DNA of 64,000 nt, from assembly GCA_963666575.2 (NCBI GenBank), contig CAXXYG010000013.1, forward strand, positions 32,099 through 96,098, given 5' to 3'. Under the pieces are notes generated by a model that did no database searches, had not been told where the DNA came from, and worked only from the letters and a program-made list of their open reading frames with translations. Shown here piece by piece: positions 41,370-51,964 of this stretch (its first letter is position 1; each line of letters begins with the position of its first letter). Source of the DNA: Prolixibacteraceae bacterium. GTDB lineage: Bacteria > Bacteroidota > Bacteroidia > Bacteroidales > Prolixibacteraceae. The translations under genes were made by a program, and so were the position numbers.

Positions 41370-43178
41370 TTAATCGTTTGAGAAATGTTTTAAAGTTTTT
41401 CGGTATTTAGAAAATACTACCGCCCGTGAAATAAATCCAAGGTATTTTCCGTCGGCAATTACAGCTAAATTGTAGCGCCCCGATGTTTCAAACTTTTCGG
41501 CTACTTTTTCCATATTATCACGTGGCGAAATGTAGAACTCAGGCATGTACATCAGGTCTTTAACGAGTACTTTGTCGTACAACTCTGTTTCAAAAATAAT
41601 AGTACGAATATCAGCCATTTTCACCATTCCTTTTAAAAAACCTTCTGCGTCAACAACAGGAAATAAATTGCGTTGCGAATTTGAAATGGCTTTTACCAAA
41701 TCTTTTAAGGTAGAATCAGGTGAAATCACCTCAAAATCGGTCTCAATTAAATCTTTTAATTCCATCATTTGAAGCACTGCTTTATCTTTATGATGGGTTC
41801 TTAATTCACCTCTACGTGCCAGGCGTTTAGTATAAATAGAATGTGGTTCAAACCGCATAATGGTTACATAAGCCACGGTCGAGGTCACAATTAACGGAAT
41901 AAACAAACCATAACCACCGGTAATTTCGGCAATTAAAAAAATAGCAGTTAGCGGAGCATGCATCACTCCGGCCATCATCCCAGCCATTCCTGCCAATGCA
42001 AAATTTTCTTCGGCTAAACCTAAGTCATAAAAAGTATTTAAGGCCGCTGCCATCAATAACCCAGCAACAGCCCCCATAAATAATGTTGGTGCAAAAATAC
42101 CTCCAATTCCTCCCGAAGAGGTTGTTAAAGCCATGGCAATCACCTTAAAAATCAAGATTCCCACAAGCACAATCAAAAAGATATATGGATTGTCCTTAAA
42201 CTCAAAAAACATGGAATTGTTTAATAAATCAGAACCAGCCCCCTTAAAAACTTTTACAATACTAGTATAACCTTCACCCCATAACGGTGGAAAAATAAAT
42301 ATTAAAAGCCCTAGAGTAAAACCACCGACTAACATCTTTACCCATAAATTTTTCAAGAAACCCATCTTCTTTTCAATATACATGGTCATTCGGGTAAAAT
42401 AAAATGAAATCAGCCCGGTAAAAATGCCTAATAAAATATAGATGGGCAGATTACTAATTAGAAATGGATTAACCTGTGTAAACCTCAAAAGTACAGCATC
42501 ACCCATAAAAAAATACGAAAGAATAGTAGCAGTAACTGCCGATATCATCAAAGGAATGATGTATGCCATTGTCATATCTAGCATGAGTACTTCGAGGGTA
42601 AAAACAATACCTGCGATCGGGGCATTAAAAATTCCGGCAATTGCACCAGCAGCACCACAACCAACCATTAGTGTAACGTATTTGTAGTTGAGTTTGAACA
42701 ACCGTGCCAGATTTGAACCGATGGATGCACCTGTAAGAACAATGGGTGCCTCCGCCCCTACTGACCCTCCAAACCCAATGGTCATTGAACTGGCTATCAT
42801 TGAAGTAAAAGTATTGTGTTTTTTAAAGTGACTGCCTTTTTTTGAAATTGAGAAAAGAATTTTTGCTACTCCATGCCCTATATTATCTTTCACCAAATAT
42901 TTAACAAACAGAACTGTTAGGAAAATACCAACAAGCGGATACACCAAAAACCATATACTTTGCGAATTTATGGGAAACCAATGTGTTAATTGTTCGCCAA
43001 TAAAATGAATCAGGTTTTTTAAAAGTAATGCAGCCGTACCACTCAATAAACCTACAAACAGGCTCAACACATATAAAAACTGTTGTTCAGAGAAGGCAGA
43101 ATACCGCCAGGCAACCAATTTATTGTAAAAAGCTTTTGCTTTCTGATTTTGTCCTTCTTTAAACATGAGAAACATCAA
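41370..43178 (-). CDS. ClC-family chloride channel/antiporter with C-terminal CBS pair
   Basis: 602 aa with motifs GSVGAEAP, GIFAPTLFMGA and GYGLFIPL, plus a C-terminal CBS-like tail. Confidence 0.85.
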   Translation of the reverse strand: MMFLMFKEGQNQKAKAFYNKLVAWRYSAFSEQQFLYVLSLFVGLLSGTAALLLKNLIHFIGEQLTHWFPINSQSIWFLVYPLVGIFLTVLFVKYLVKDNIGHGVAKILFSISKKGSHFKKHNTFTSMIASSMTIGFGGSVGAEAPIVLTGASIGSNLARLFKLNYKYVTLMVGCGAAGAIAGIFNAPIAGIVFTLEVLMLDMTMAYIIPLMISAVTATILSYFFMGDAVLLRFTQVNPFLISNLPIYILLGIFTGLISFYFTRMTMYIEKKMGFLKNLWVKMLVGGFTLGLLIFIFPPLWGEGYTSIVKVFKGAGSDLLNNSMFFEFKDNPYIFLIVLVGILIFKVIAMALTTSSGGIGGIFAPTLFMGAVAGLLMAAALNTFYDLGLAEENFALAGMAGMMAGVMHAPLTAIFLIAEITGGYGLFIPLIVTSTVAYVTIMRFEPHSIYTKRLARRGELRTHHKDKAVLQMMELKDLIETDFEVISPDSTLKDLVKAISNSQRNLFPVVDAEGFLKGMVKMADIRTIIFETELYDKVLVKDLMYMPEFYISPRDNMEKVAEKFETSGRYNLAVIADGKYLGFISRAVVFSKYRKTLKHFSND

Positions 43179-44937
43179 TTATATGCTTTCGGTATTTGGT
43201 AAAAACGCGAGCCCGGGAAATAAATCCTTTGTATTTACCATTCTCAATCACCGCCAAGTTATACCTACCCGACGACTCAAATTTATTCGCTACAACCTCC
43301 ATGCTGTCATTAGGGTCGATAAAATATTCGGGCATATACATTAATTCATCCACCCGTACTTTATCGTACTTTTCGGTATCAAAAATCATATGCCTTACAT
43401 CATCCATTTTTAACATTCCTACCAATTTACCGGTATCGTTAACAACCGGGAACAAATTCCTGTGGTTTCGCGAAATAGCTATGGTTAAATCCCTCAAAGT
43501 TGCATTTGAAGAAATTACTTCAAAATCAGTTTCAATTAACTTATTAACTTCCAGCATTTGAAGGACATTGGCATCTTTATCGTGGGTCAACAATTCTTTA
43601 CGCCGCTCTAATTGTATGTGATACACCGAACTTGGTGTAAGAGTTCGTACCACCAAATAAGCAAAAGTTGCTGTCACCATTAATGGTACAAAAAGTTTGT
43701 ACCCCCCCGAAATATCTGCTATCAGAAAAATGCCTGTCAGTGGTGCATGCAGTACACCTGCAATCAATCCTCCCATTCCTATCAATGCAAAATTATGACT
43801 ATTAAGTTGTTTAAATCCTGTCATATTTACTACCTGAGCAAACAATAAACCGGTATTTACACCCATAAATAGCGTGGGCGCAAAAATACCTCCTACTCCT
43901 CCTGCCCCAAATGTAAACGACGTTGCAACTATTTTAAACAGGACAATCATTACCAGCAAAGCAATAACTACCCAAATCTGGTCTTTGTATCCATAAAAAA
44001 AGCTGTTGTTAAACAAATAATCAAGATTTCCTTCAAGCCCAGAATTTATTGATTCGTACCCTTCGCCATATAATGAAGGAAATAAAAATATTAAAACTCC
44101 TAAACCTATCCCACCGGTTAACAACCTAACAATTTTACTTTTAAATTTTGCGAAAAACTCATCAAAAAAGAGGTAGGTTTTTATAAAATATACCGATACA
44201 AAACCAGCTAATATTCCCAGAAAAATATAAAAAGGAAGGTCTCCAAGAACAAAAGCTTCCTTCACTTCAAAAGGATATAAAACATCCTGACCAAGAAAAA
44301 AATACGATGTAACAACCGCAGTAGCTGATGAAAGCAAAAGAGGTACCAGTGAAAACACAGTAAGGTCGATCATTATTACTTCTACAGCAAAAACAATAGC
44401 GGCAATAGGTGCTTTAAAAATAGCTGCCATCGCCCCTGCGCAGGCACATGCCAACATTAAGATTGTATTTTTATAATTCAACCTAAAAAACCGGGCAATA
44501 AACGAACCCCATGCTGTACCGGTTGCAACGGTAGGGCCTTCCAATCCTACCGAGCCACCAAACCCTACTGTTAATGAACTGGCAATTACCGATGAAAATA
44601 AATTATGATTACTAATTTTCCCTTTTCTCTTTGAGATACTAAAAAGAACATTGGGGATACCATGCCTTACATCAACGCGAATCACAAATTTTATAAAAAA
44701 CAATGCGAGTAAAATTCCCAGCAATGGTAAAGCAAAATAGATATAGTTATGCATTTCGGTCGAAACCAGCGAATTAACAAACCGCTGAGTCATCCACACT
44801 GCATTTTTTATAATCACCGCAGCCATTCCGGCTAAAAGCCCAACAACTATACTCAGTACTGTAATAAATCCTCTCTCACTTAGATTCCTGAGCCTCCAAC
44901 GGTGGAACCGTGCCAATATCGGTAATTTGTTTGCCAT
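43159..44937 (-). CDS. ClC-family chloride channel/antiporter with C-terminal CBS pair (tandem paralogue)
   Basis: 592 aa with motifs GSVGLEGP, GIFAPTLFMGV and GYKLFVPL. Its 3' end overlaps the next ClC ORF. Confidence 0.85.
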   Translation of the reverse strand: MANKLPILARFHRWRLRNLSERGFITVLSIVVGLLAGMAAVIIKNAVWMTQRFVNSLVSTEMHNYIYFALPLLGILLALFFIKFVIRVDVRHGIPNVLFSISKRKGKISNHNLFSSVIASSLTVGFGGSVGLEGPTVATGTAWGSFIARFFRLNYKNTILMLACACAGAMAAIFKAPIAAIVFAVEVIMIDLTVFSLVPLLLSSATAVVTSYFFLGQDVLYPFEVKEAFVLGDLPFYIFLGILAGFVSVYFIKTYLFFDEFFAKFKSKIVRLLTGGIGLGVLIFLFPSLYGEGYESINSGLEGNLDYLFNNSFFYGYKDQIWVVIALLVMIVLFKIVATSFTFGAGGVGGIFAPTLFMGVNTGLLFAQVVNMTGFKQLNSHNFALIGMGGLIAGVLHAPLTGIFLIADISGGYKLFVPLMVTATFAYLVVRTLTPSSVYHIQLERRKELLTHDKDANVLQMLEVNKLIETDFEVISSNATLRDLTIAISRNHRNLFPVVNDTGKLVGMLKMDDVRHMIFDTEKYDKVRVDELMYMPEYFIDPNDSMEVVANKFESSGRYNLAVIENGKYKGFISRARVFTKYRKHIIDVSHV

Positions 44938-45022
44938 ATTTCGCCTACAAAGTTAATAATTGCGAAGTATATTCATTTGTTTTTGCCCATTCATTAAAAT
45001 TGAGCAAGAATAATTAACAAAC

Positions 45023-47446
45023 CTATTTTTTCTTTTTCTTAAAAATACTTTTAATCTTTTCCCAAACCGGCTTTTTTTCTTTTTTCTTTGCAACTTCAAC
45101 TTTATCAGGGACTTTTTCTAACTCCTGTTTATCTTTCTTTTTACTAAATATTTTTGCCAGATCAAATTTTTTCTTTTTCACTTCCAGAACTTCTTTATAA
45201 AGCGGAATATTTAATTGAGCCAATAACTCACCATCTAATTGGTTAAACTTATTATTTGATAGATGGGTAAAACCGGGGTCGTTATACGTTTTATGAAAAA
45301 ACTTTCCCACTACTGGCAATGCCATGTAAGCACCCTGCCCATATGTTTCTGATTGAAAATGAACCCTTGGATCATCGGCTCCTACCCAACAACCAACAAC
45401 AAGGTCAGGCGTCATACCTATGAACCATCCATCGGCATGATTTTGGGTTGTACCTGTTTTTCCGGCAAAATCACCTTTTATTTTATAAACCGATCGTATA
45501 CCCCTGCCAGTACCTTCATCCACCACCGATTTTAACATATGCACTAAAACATCGCAATTTTCAGGAGAAACTACCGGTTCAGTTTCCTGAATAAATTCAA
45601 ATGTTTCCAATTCATTTCCATTACGGTCTTCAATCTTTAACAAATAATTTGTTTTAACGGGTACACCACCATTAGCAATTGTTGCATAAGCTTCAACCAT
45701 TTCCTGCAACGAAATGGATGCCACCCCCAAAGCTAAAGATGGGAAACGTGGCAAATCGGCAGAAATACCCAATTCTTCAGCTACCTCAATGACATTGGAG
45801 ATACCGGTTTCCATCATTACTTCCACTGAAACAGTATTAATGGATTTTGCCAGGGCGCCCTGCATCGAATAATACCCTCCATAATGATCGTGCGAATTAC
45901 GAGGCGACCAATCCTGATAATCGGAATAAACTTTCTGCTTATTGGTATAATACTTTTCAGGGTCTAATCCTTCTTCCAGCGCTGCCAAAAAAACAAATGG
46001 TTTAAAGGTGGACCCCGTTTGCCGTGGAGCAGTTACATGGTCGTATTGAAAAAACCGGTAATCAATACCTCCAATCCAGGCTTTTATGGCACCTGTTGAA
46101 GGTTCAATGGCAATAAAACCAGTATTTAATAATTTCAAATAATGTTTTAATGAATCGAGCCTTGAAATCGTTGTATGATCTAATCCTTCCCACTTAAAAA
46201 GAGTTGTAGAAATCTGTTTGTTATAGGTTTCCAAAACTTCATCATACGATTTTCCTGATTCGGAGGAGGAATTATAGGTTGGTGATTGCCTGATTGCACT
46301 TTCGATTATTTCAGGGTATTTTTCAAATACATTTTTTACACCCCTGTCATTGTCAAAAACCTTTTGCAGGTTTTTCATATACTCATTTACCGATTGAGTG
46401 GCATATCTCTGAAGATTATAATCAACGGTTGTAGTAATTTTTAATCCATCGGTATACAAATTATATGGGTCATCGTCTTCGTTTGTATGGTTTTCGCACC
46501 ACTCAAGTAACTGTGGTTTTAGTTTTTCGAGGAAATAAGGGGCAGGCCCCTGATTATACGTAATTACCCGATACTTAACATCAAGTGGTTTTAATTTAAA
46601 TTCAGCGGCCTGGGCAGCAGTCAAATAGTCGTATTTTTCCATTTGACTAATAACTAAATTTCGTCTTTTTAAAGCCCTCTCGGGATGAGTTCGGGGATTA
46701 TAGTAGTTATTGGCTTTTAACATCCCAACAATTACAGCAGCTTCATGGACATCGAGGTTCATTGGAGTTTTTGAGAAAAAACGTTCGGCAGCTACTTCAA
46801 TACCAAAAATATTCTCAGCAAACGAAACTGTATTCAAATACAAGGTTAAAACTTCTTCTTTAGAATAAATTCTTTCAAGTCTGTAGGCAATTATCGATTC
46901 ACGCAATTTGTTAACCGGCATGGTTAAAGGGCCATATTTTACCCGTGGGTATAGGTTTTTAGCAATTTGCTGGCTTAACGTACTTCCACCCCCCGACCGT
47001 TTATTCTGCAAAAGGATGGACTTTACCAAAACCCGTAATAAAGCCATTTCATCTACTCCACGGTGACTGTAAAACCTGGCATCTTCGGTAGCAATTAATG
47101 CATTAAATACATTTTGTGAAATTTCGTTATACTTTGCATTACTCCTATTTTCAACATAATACCGGCCCAACACTTTGCCATCAATTGAATAAACTTCGGA
47201 GGCTACCGGATTATTAATCTGAATAAGTTGCTGCTTGGATGGTACCGGGCCCAATACCCCAAAAAATACCAGGAAAAAAAACAACACAACAAAAAGAAAT
47301 ACTATGGCTGCTCCTTTAAGTGCAAATAATAAATATTTCTTCCTTTTAGTAATAATATGCTTTTTGCTAGGTTTGCGTTTTGTTGCGCCCTTTTTTTTGG
47401 GTGATTTTTTTACTGGTTTTTGTACCACGTTCTTTATTTTTTTCAA
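45023..47446 (-). CDS. mrcA: penicillin-binding protein 1A (bifunctional transglycosylase/transpeptidase)
   Basis: 807 aa. GT51 motifs are EDARFYSHRGVD and GGSTLSQQ. Transpeptidase motifs are STFKP and KTGTT. Both termini are Lys-rich. Confidence 0.9.
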   Translation of the reverse strand: MKKIKNVVQKPVKKSPKKKGATKRKPSKKHIITKRKKYLLFALKGAAIVFLFVVLFFFLVFFGVLGPVPSKQQLIQINNPVASEVYSIDGKVLGRYYVENRSNAKYNEISQNVFNALIATEDARFYSHRGVDEMALLRVLVKSILLQNKRSGGGSTLSQQIAKNLYPRVKYGPLTMPVNKLRESIIAYRLERIYSKEEVLTLYLNTVSFAENIFGIEVAAERFFSKTPMNLDVHEAAVIVGMLKANNYYNPRTHPERALKRRNLVISQMEKYDYLTAAQAAEFKLKPLDVKYRVITYNQGPAPYFLEKLKPQLLEWCENHTNEDDDPYNLYTDGLKITTTVDYNLQRYATQSVNEYMKNLQKVFDNDRGVKNVFEKYPEIIESAIRQSPTYNSSSESGKSYDEVLETYNKQISTTLFKWEGLDHTTISRLDSLKHYLKLLNTGFIAIEPSTGAIKAWIGGIDYRFFQYDHVTAPRQTGSTFKPFVFLAALEEGLDPEKYYTNKQKVYSDYQDWSPRNSHDHYGGYYSMQGALAKSINTVSVEVMMETGISNVIEVAEELGISADLPRFPSLALGVASISLQEMVEAYATIANGGVPVKTNYLLKIEDRNGNELETFEFIQETEPVVSPENCDVLVHMLKSVVDEGTGRGIRSVYKIKGDFAGKTGTTQNHADGWFIGMTPDLVVGCWVGADDPRVHFQSETYGQGAYMALPVVGKFFHKTYNDPGFTHLSNNKFNQLDGELLAQLNIPLYKEVLEVKKKKFDLAKIFSKKKDKQELEKVPDKVEVAKKKEKKPVWEKIKSIFKKKKK

Positions 47447-47526
47447 AAATACAACACAGTCAAGTAATAATTACTCAAAAAATGTAGTAATTTTAAACAT
47501 AATCCGGTTTAAAACAATCAGGAAGG

Positions 47527-48402
47527 GTGTCATATAAATCCATAAAAATTAAAATTACCGGTGCCAGTGGTTATATTGGTACCGAATTAATGTCACAACT
47601 TAAAAATCAAGGATTTAATGTATCTGCTTTAAAAAGGGCCGACCTATACTCTCATACTGAAACATTATCACGTTTCATTAGCGGAACTGATATCGTTATA
47701 AACCTGGCAGGATCACCCATCCTAAAGCGCTGGAATACAACAAATAAAAAAACCATTTATAAAAGCCGTATTTCTACCACAACAAACCTTGTAAATGCCA
47801 TAAATCTGCTCCCAGCCAACCAACGGCCCAAACTTTTTATAACAGCATCGGCTATAGGAATTTATAAATCAGGTGAAAAACACAATGAAACGAGCACTAA
47901 TTTTGATACCGGATTTGTAGGCAAGGTTGTTTACGATTGGGAGAATGCTTCGAAAAATTTAAATAAAAATGTTCAGAGGGTAATATTTAGGATTGGTTTG
48001 GTTTTAGGCAAAAAATCTCCCACAATAAAAAAAATGGTTCCTGTTTTTAAATTTGGACTGGGCGGCGCAATTGGAAAAGGAAACCAGCCTTTCCCATTTG
48101 TACATATCAACGATGTTGTAGCTGCATTTTTATGGGCAATAAAAAATGGGCGAATTGAAGGAACTTTTAATTTAGTTGCTCCACAATCAATTTCCAATAA
48201 AGATTTTACAATTGCCCTTGCAAAAAAACTTAGCCGTCCGGTTTTTTTTAAAATCCCTGAGTTTATCCTTAAAATAATTTATGGCGAAGCATCAACATTA
48301 CTTACCGAATCACCGGAAGTGATTCCTGTACAATTATTAAAATCGGGATTTAAGTTTAATTTTCCAACTATAAAATCAACCATTAACAACACACTGGCAT
48401 AA
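47527..48402 (+). CDS. TIGR01777/YfcH-like NAD-dependent epimerase family protein
   Basis: 291 aa with a GTG start, Rossmann motif ITGASGYIG, and a C-terminal DUF1731-like segment. Confidence 0.7.
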   Translation: MSYKSIKIKITGASGYIGTELMSQLKNQGFNVSALKRADLYSHTETLSRFISGTDIVINLAGSPILKRWNTTNKKTIYKSRISTTTNLVNAINLLPANQRPKLFITASAIGIYKSGEKHNETSTNFDTGFVGKVVYDWENASKNLNKNVQRVIFRIGLVLGKKSPTIKKMVPVFKFGLGGAIGKGNQPFPFVHINDVVAAFLWAIKNGRIEGTFNLVAPQSISNKDFTIALAKKLSRPVFFKIPEFILKIIYGEASTLLTESPEVIPVQLLKSGFKFNFPTIKSTINNTLA

Positions 48403-48430
48403 AAAAACCCGATGTAAAAACACCGGGTTT
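48401..48430. terminator. bidirectional terminator hairpin between the epimerase-like gene (+) and pckA (-)
   Basis: Stem aaacccgatg / caccgggttt with one mismatch. An A7 run precedes it, which is a T7 run on the pckA strand. Confidence 0.6.
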
Positions 48431-48455
48431 AAATATATGTGTTATAAGTAATCTC

Positions 48456-50057
48456 TTATAATTGTGGGCCTGCAGCAACTAACGCTTTGCCTTCTTCGTT
48501 GTCAGTATATTTAACGAAGTTTTTGATGAAACGACTAGCTAAATCAGCAGCTTTTTCATTCCACTCAGCAACATCAGCGTAAGTATCACGTGGGTCAAGA
48601 ATGTTAGTATCAACACCTGGCAAAGAAGTAGGAACTTCTAGGTTGAATACAGGAATCTGTTTCGTTTCAGCTTTTTCGATAGAACCATCAAGAATAGCGT
48701 TAATGATACCACGAGTATCTTGAATAGAGATACGTTTTCCAGAACCATTCCAGCCAGTGTTTACTAAATATGCCTCAGCACCGTTAGCTTCCATTTTCTT
48801 CACTAATTCCTGACCGTATTTAGTTGGGTGTAATGTTAAGAATGCAGCACCGAATGCAGCTGAGAAAGTTGGAGTTGGAGCAGTAATTCCACGCTCAGTA
48901 CCTGCCAATTTAGCAGTAAATCCTGATAAGAAATGGTATTGAGTTTGCTCCGGAGTTAATTTTGAAACTGGAGGCAGTACACCAAAAGCATCAGCAGATA
49001 AGAAAATTACTTTTTTTGCGTGGCCTGCTTTTGAAGGTACAGCGATATTTTCGATGTGGTTGATTGGATAAGATACACGAGTATTCTGAGTTACAGAACC
49101 GTCAGTAAAATCAATTTTACCATTCGCATCAACAGTTACGTTTTCTAATAAAGCGTTACGTTTGATCGCACCAAAAATTTCTGGCTCAGCATCTTTATCT
49201 AAATCGATAGTTTTTGCATAACATCCACCTTCGAAGTTGAAGATACCGTCGTCATCCCAACCGTGCTCATCATCACCGATAAGCTTACGAGAAGCATCAG
49301 TAGAAAGCGTAGTTTTACCGGTACCAGAAAGTCCGAAGAAAATAGCAACATCACCTGCTTCGCCAACGTTAGCTGAACAGTGCATAGAAGCCATTCCATT
49401 AAGAGGTAAATAGTAGTTCATCATTGCGAACATACCTTTTTTCATTTCACCACCATACCAAGTACCGCCAATAACTTGCATTTTTTCAGTCAAGTTAAAT
49501 ACCGTGAAGTTCTCTGAGTTTAATCCCTGAGCTTCCCAGTTAGGGTTAGTTGTTTTTGATCCGTTCATTACAACAAAATCAGGTTCACCATATACTTCAA
49601 GTTCTTCAGCTGTTGGGCGAAGGAACATGTTTTTCACAAAGTGAGCTTGCCAAGCAACTTCCATAATAAATCGAACTTTCAAACGAGAATCTTCGTTAGC
49701 ACCACAAAAAGTATCAACTACATATAATTTTTGTCCTGAAAGCTGTTTAGTAACTAAACCTTTTAATTCAGACCATACTTCTGGAGTTGTTGCTTTGTTA
49801 TCGTTTTTAGCGGTTTCCGAAGTCCACCACATTGTATCTTTAGTAACGTCATCCATAACAATAAATTTGTCTTTAGGAGAACGACCTGTGAATACACCAG
49901 TCATTACATTTACTGTATCCAACTCGGTTAATTGAGCTTTTTCAAAACCTTGCAAATCAGGTTTCATTTCTTCTTCAAAAAGTTGTTCGTAAGATGGGTT
50001 GTATACAATCTCTTTAACATCATTGATGCCATACTTTGATAAATCCAATTTTTTCAT
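48456..50057 (-). CDS. pckA: phosphoenolpyruvate carboxykinase (ATP)
   Basis: 533 aa with kinase-1a motif [11 protein letters not shown], plus IGDDEHGW and NTGWNG. Confidence 0.93.
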   Translation of the reverse strand: MKKLDLSKYGINDVKEIVYNPSYEQLFEEEMKPDLQGFEKAQLTELDTVNVMTGVFTGRSPKDKFIVMDDVTKDTMWWTSETAKNDNKATTPEVWSELKGLVTKQLSGQKLYVVDTFCGANEDSRLKVRFIMEVAWQAHFVKNMFLRPTAEELEVYGEPDFVVMNGSKTTNPNWEAQGLNSENFTVFNLTEKMQVIGGTWYGGEMKKGMFAMMNYYLPLNGMASMHCSANVGEAGDVAIFFGLSGTGKTTLSTDASRKLIGDDEHGWDDDGIFNFEGGCYAKTIDLDKDAEPEIFGAIKRNALLENVTVDANGKIDFTDGSVTQNTRVSYPINHIENIAVPSKAGHAKKVIFLSADAFGVLPPVSKLTPEQTQYHFLSGFTAKLAGTERGITAPTPTFSAAFGAAFLTLHPTKYGQELVKKMEANGAEAYLVNTGWNGSGKRISIQDTRGIINAILDGSIEKAETKQIPVFNLEVPTSLPGVDTNILDPRDTYADVAEWNEKAADLASRFIKNFVKYTDNEEGKALVAAGPQL

Positions 50058-50240
50058 AACAATCTAATAATTAACTTTATATAATAAACAATCAATCTAC
50101 TTGCTCACAAAAATAGTTTTTTTTCCCAATCGGCTTTTTAGAACAAATCTGAATACTTAATAAATTCAGTTAAATTAACAAACCAAATTTAATGAAGTTC
50201 ACCAACAGCCTAACATACACACACTTAGGGTCCACAACCT

Positions 50241-50271
50241 AAAAAAAGGATGTTAAGAAATCTTTAACACC
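50241..50271 (-). terminator. rho-independent terminator after xerD
   Basis: On the minus strand an 8-bp stem (ggtgttaa / ttaacatc, one G-U pair) is followed by a T7 tract, about 33 nt after the xerD stop. Confidence 0.55.
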
Positions 50272-50303
50272 CCAATTAAATATTATATATATAAAAAATT
50301 TAC

Positions 50304-51203
50304 CTATGACCTTGGATGGAATTGGTGAATAGTTGATTTTAGATAATCTCTGTCGAGGTGAGTATAAATTTCGGTAGTTAAGATTGACTCATGCCCTAAC
50401 ATTTCCTGAACTGCCCTTAAATCAGCACCTCCATTTATTAAATGAGTAGCAAATGAATGCCGGAATGTATGTGGGCTGATTTTTTTATCGAGTCCCACTT
50501 TATTCGAAAGATTTTTGATAATTGTAAAAATCATTACCCTACTTAACTTCCGGCCTCGGCGGTTTAAAAAAAGCACATTTTCGCTGTCTTTACCTACTTT
50601 TAGCGTTTTACGATATCCGTTTAAATATTTATTTATCTCATGGATTCCATTTTTACTAATTGGCACTAATCTTTCTTTATCAGCCTTGCCTTCAACTTTC
50701 ACATACCCTTGTTCGAAAAACAGATTTGTAATTTTAAGGTTTACTAATTCAGAAACACGTAACCCACAACTATAAAGAGTCTCAAGCATAGCTTTGTTGC
50801 GCTGCCCTTCAGCTTTCCCTAAATCAACAGCTTCAATAAGCATATCGATTTCTTCCATGCTTAGAATATCGGGTAACTTACGGCCAACTTTAGGCGATTC
50901 AAGCAACGATGTTGGATCGCTTGAAATTTTCCCTTCAATTAATAAATACTTAAAATACGATTTAATCCCGGAAATTGTCCTCGCTTGTGTCCTTGGACTG
51001 ACTCCTTTTTCATTAAGTGCTTCAACAAAACTTTTTAGGTGTTGAAGCTTAACTTTTTCCGGAACCAACTTTTTAAAATTCAAATCCAAAAAATCAGCTA
51101 ACTTGGTAACATCATTTATATAGGCCGACACAGAATTCTGTGACAATGATTTTTCCAACTTCAAATAATTTTCATACCCCTTTTTACTATCATCCCATTT
51201 CAT
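50304..51203 (-). CDS. xerD: site-specific tyrosine recombinase XerD
   Basis: 299 aa with catalytic motifs RVSELVNL, HTFRHSFATHL and GHESILTTEIYTH. It is divergent from aroQ. Confidence 0.85.
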   Translation of the reverse strand: MKWDDSKKGYENYLKLEKSLSQNSVSAYINDVTKLADFLDLNFKKLVPEKVKLQHLKSFVEALNEKGVSPRTQARTISGIKSYFKYLLIEGKISSDPTSLLESPKVGRKLPDILSMEEIDMLIEAVDLGKAEGQRNKAMLETLYSCGLRVSELVNLKITNLFFEQGYVKVEGKADKERLVPISKNGIHEINKYLNGYRKTLKVGKDSENVLFLNRRGRKLSRVMIFTIIKNLSNKVGLDKKISPHTFRHSFATHLINGGADLRAVQEMLGHESILTTEIYTHLDRDYLKSTIHQFHPRS

Positions 51204-51361
51204 AACATTCTTATTATCTTTGTTAAATAAACTAATATTAATAGATTTGGTTCAAATATAATCACCAAAATAAGAGATCTTTACTATTTTACTAAATAAT
51301 AATAAGAATTACGTAGATAAATAAAAAAAGTTATACTAAATAGCTCAATAAGAAAAAAACC

Positions 51362-51790
51362 ATGAAAATTATAATTATCAACGGGCCAAACCTTAATCTT
51401 TTGGGAGTTAGAGAGAAATCGGTGTATGGCGATCAAGACTTTATTTCCTATTTTAAGACACTTCAAAATGATTATTTAGATAACAATCTTGAATATTTCC
51501 AATCGAACATTGAAGGCGAACTTATTGACAAAATTCATGAAATTGGTTTTAACTACGATGGTATTATAATAAATGCCGGGGCTTATACCCACACTTCGAT
51601 TGCAATTCGCGATGCCATATCAGCTGTTTCTACTCCGGTAATCGAAATACATATATCAAATACATTAACCCGCGAAGAATTCAGGCATAAATCGGTTATC
51701 GGGCCTGTTTGCAAAGGGTGTATAATGGGTTTTGGATTAAATTCATATAAATTAGGCATTGAAGCATTAAAACAAATAACAAACCAATAA
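51362..51790 (+). CDS. aroQ: type II 3-dehydroquinate dehydratase
   Basis: 142 aa with motifs INGPNLNLLG, NAGAYTHTS and EIHISN. Confidence 0.92.
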   Translation: MKIIIINGPNLNLLGVREKSVYGDQDFISYFKTLQNDYLDNNLEYFQSNIEGELIDKIHEIGFNYDGIIINAGAYTHTSIAIRDAISAVSTPVIEIHISNTLTREEFRHKSVIGPVCKGCIMGFGLNSYKLGIEALKQITNQ

Positions 51791-51964
51791 AACTACCGCA
51801 ACAAACTATTTTAAATCTGTATTTATACTATAAAAAGGCTCAAATTTAACTTTAGCTCCTGATTTTTACGTTAAGTATTATTCCATTTTTATTCACTAAA
51901 CGAATAATATTCACTATCTTATTTAAATTAAAATACATTTGTGCGAATTTTAAAAAATGGGAAA

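Noticed and set aside
50304-51203. I considered the tyrosine recombinase as a marker of an integrated mobile element.
   Set aside because: The sequence and length fit housekeeping XerD. It sits divergent to aroQ among core genes (pckA, pyk, ftsK), with no flanking phage or transposon genes, att-like repeats or tRNA.
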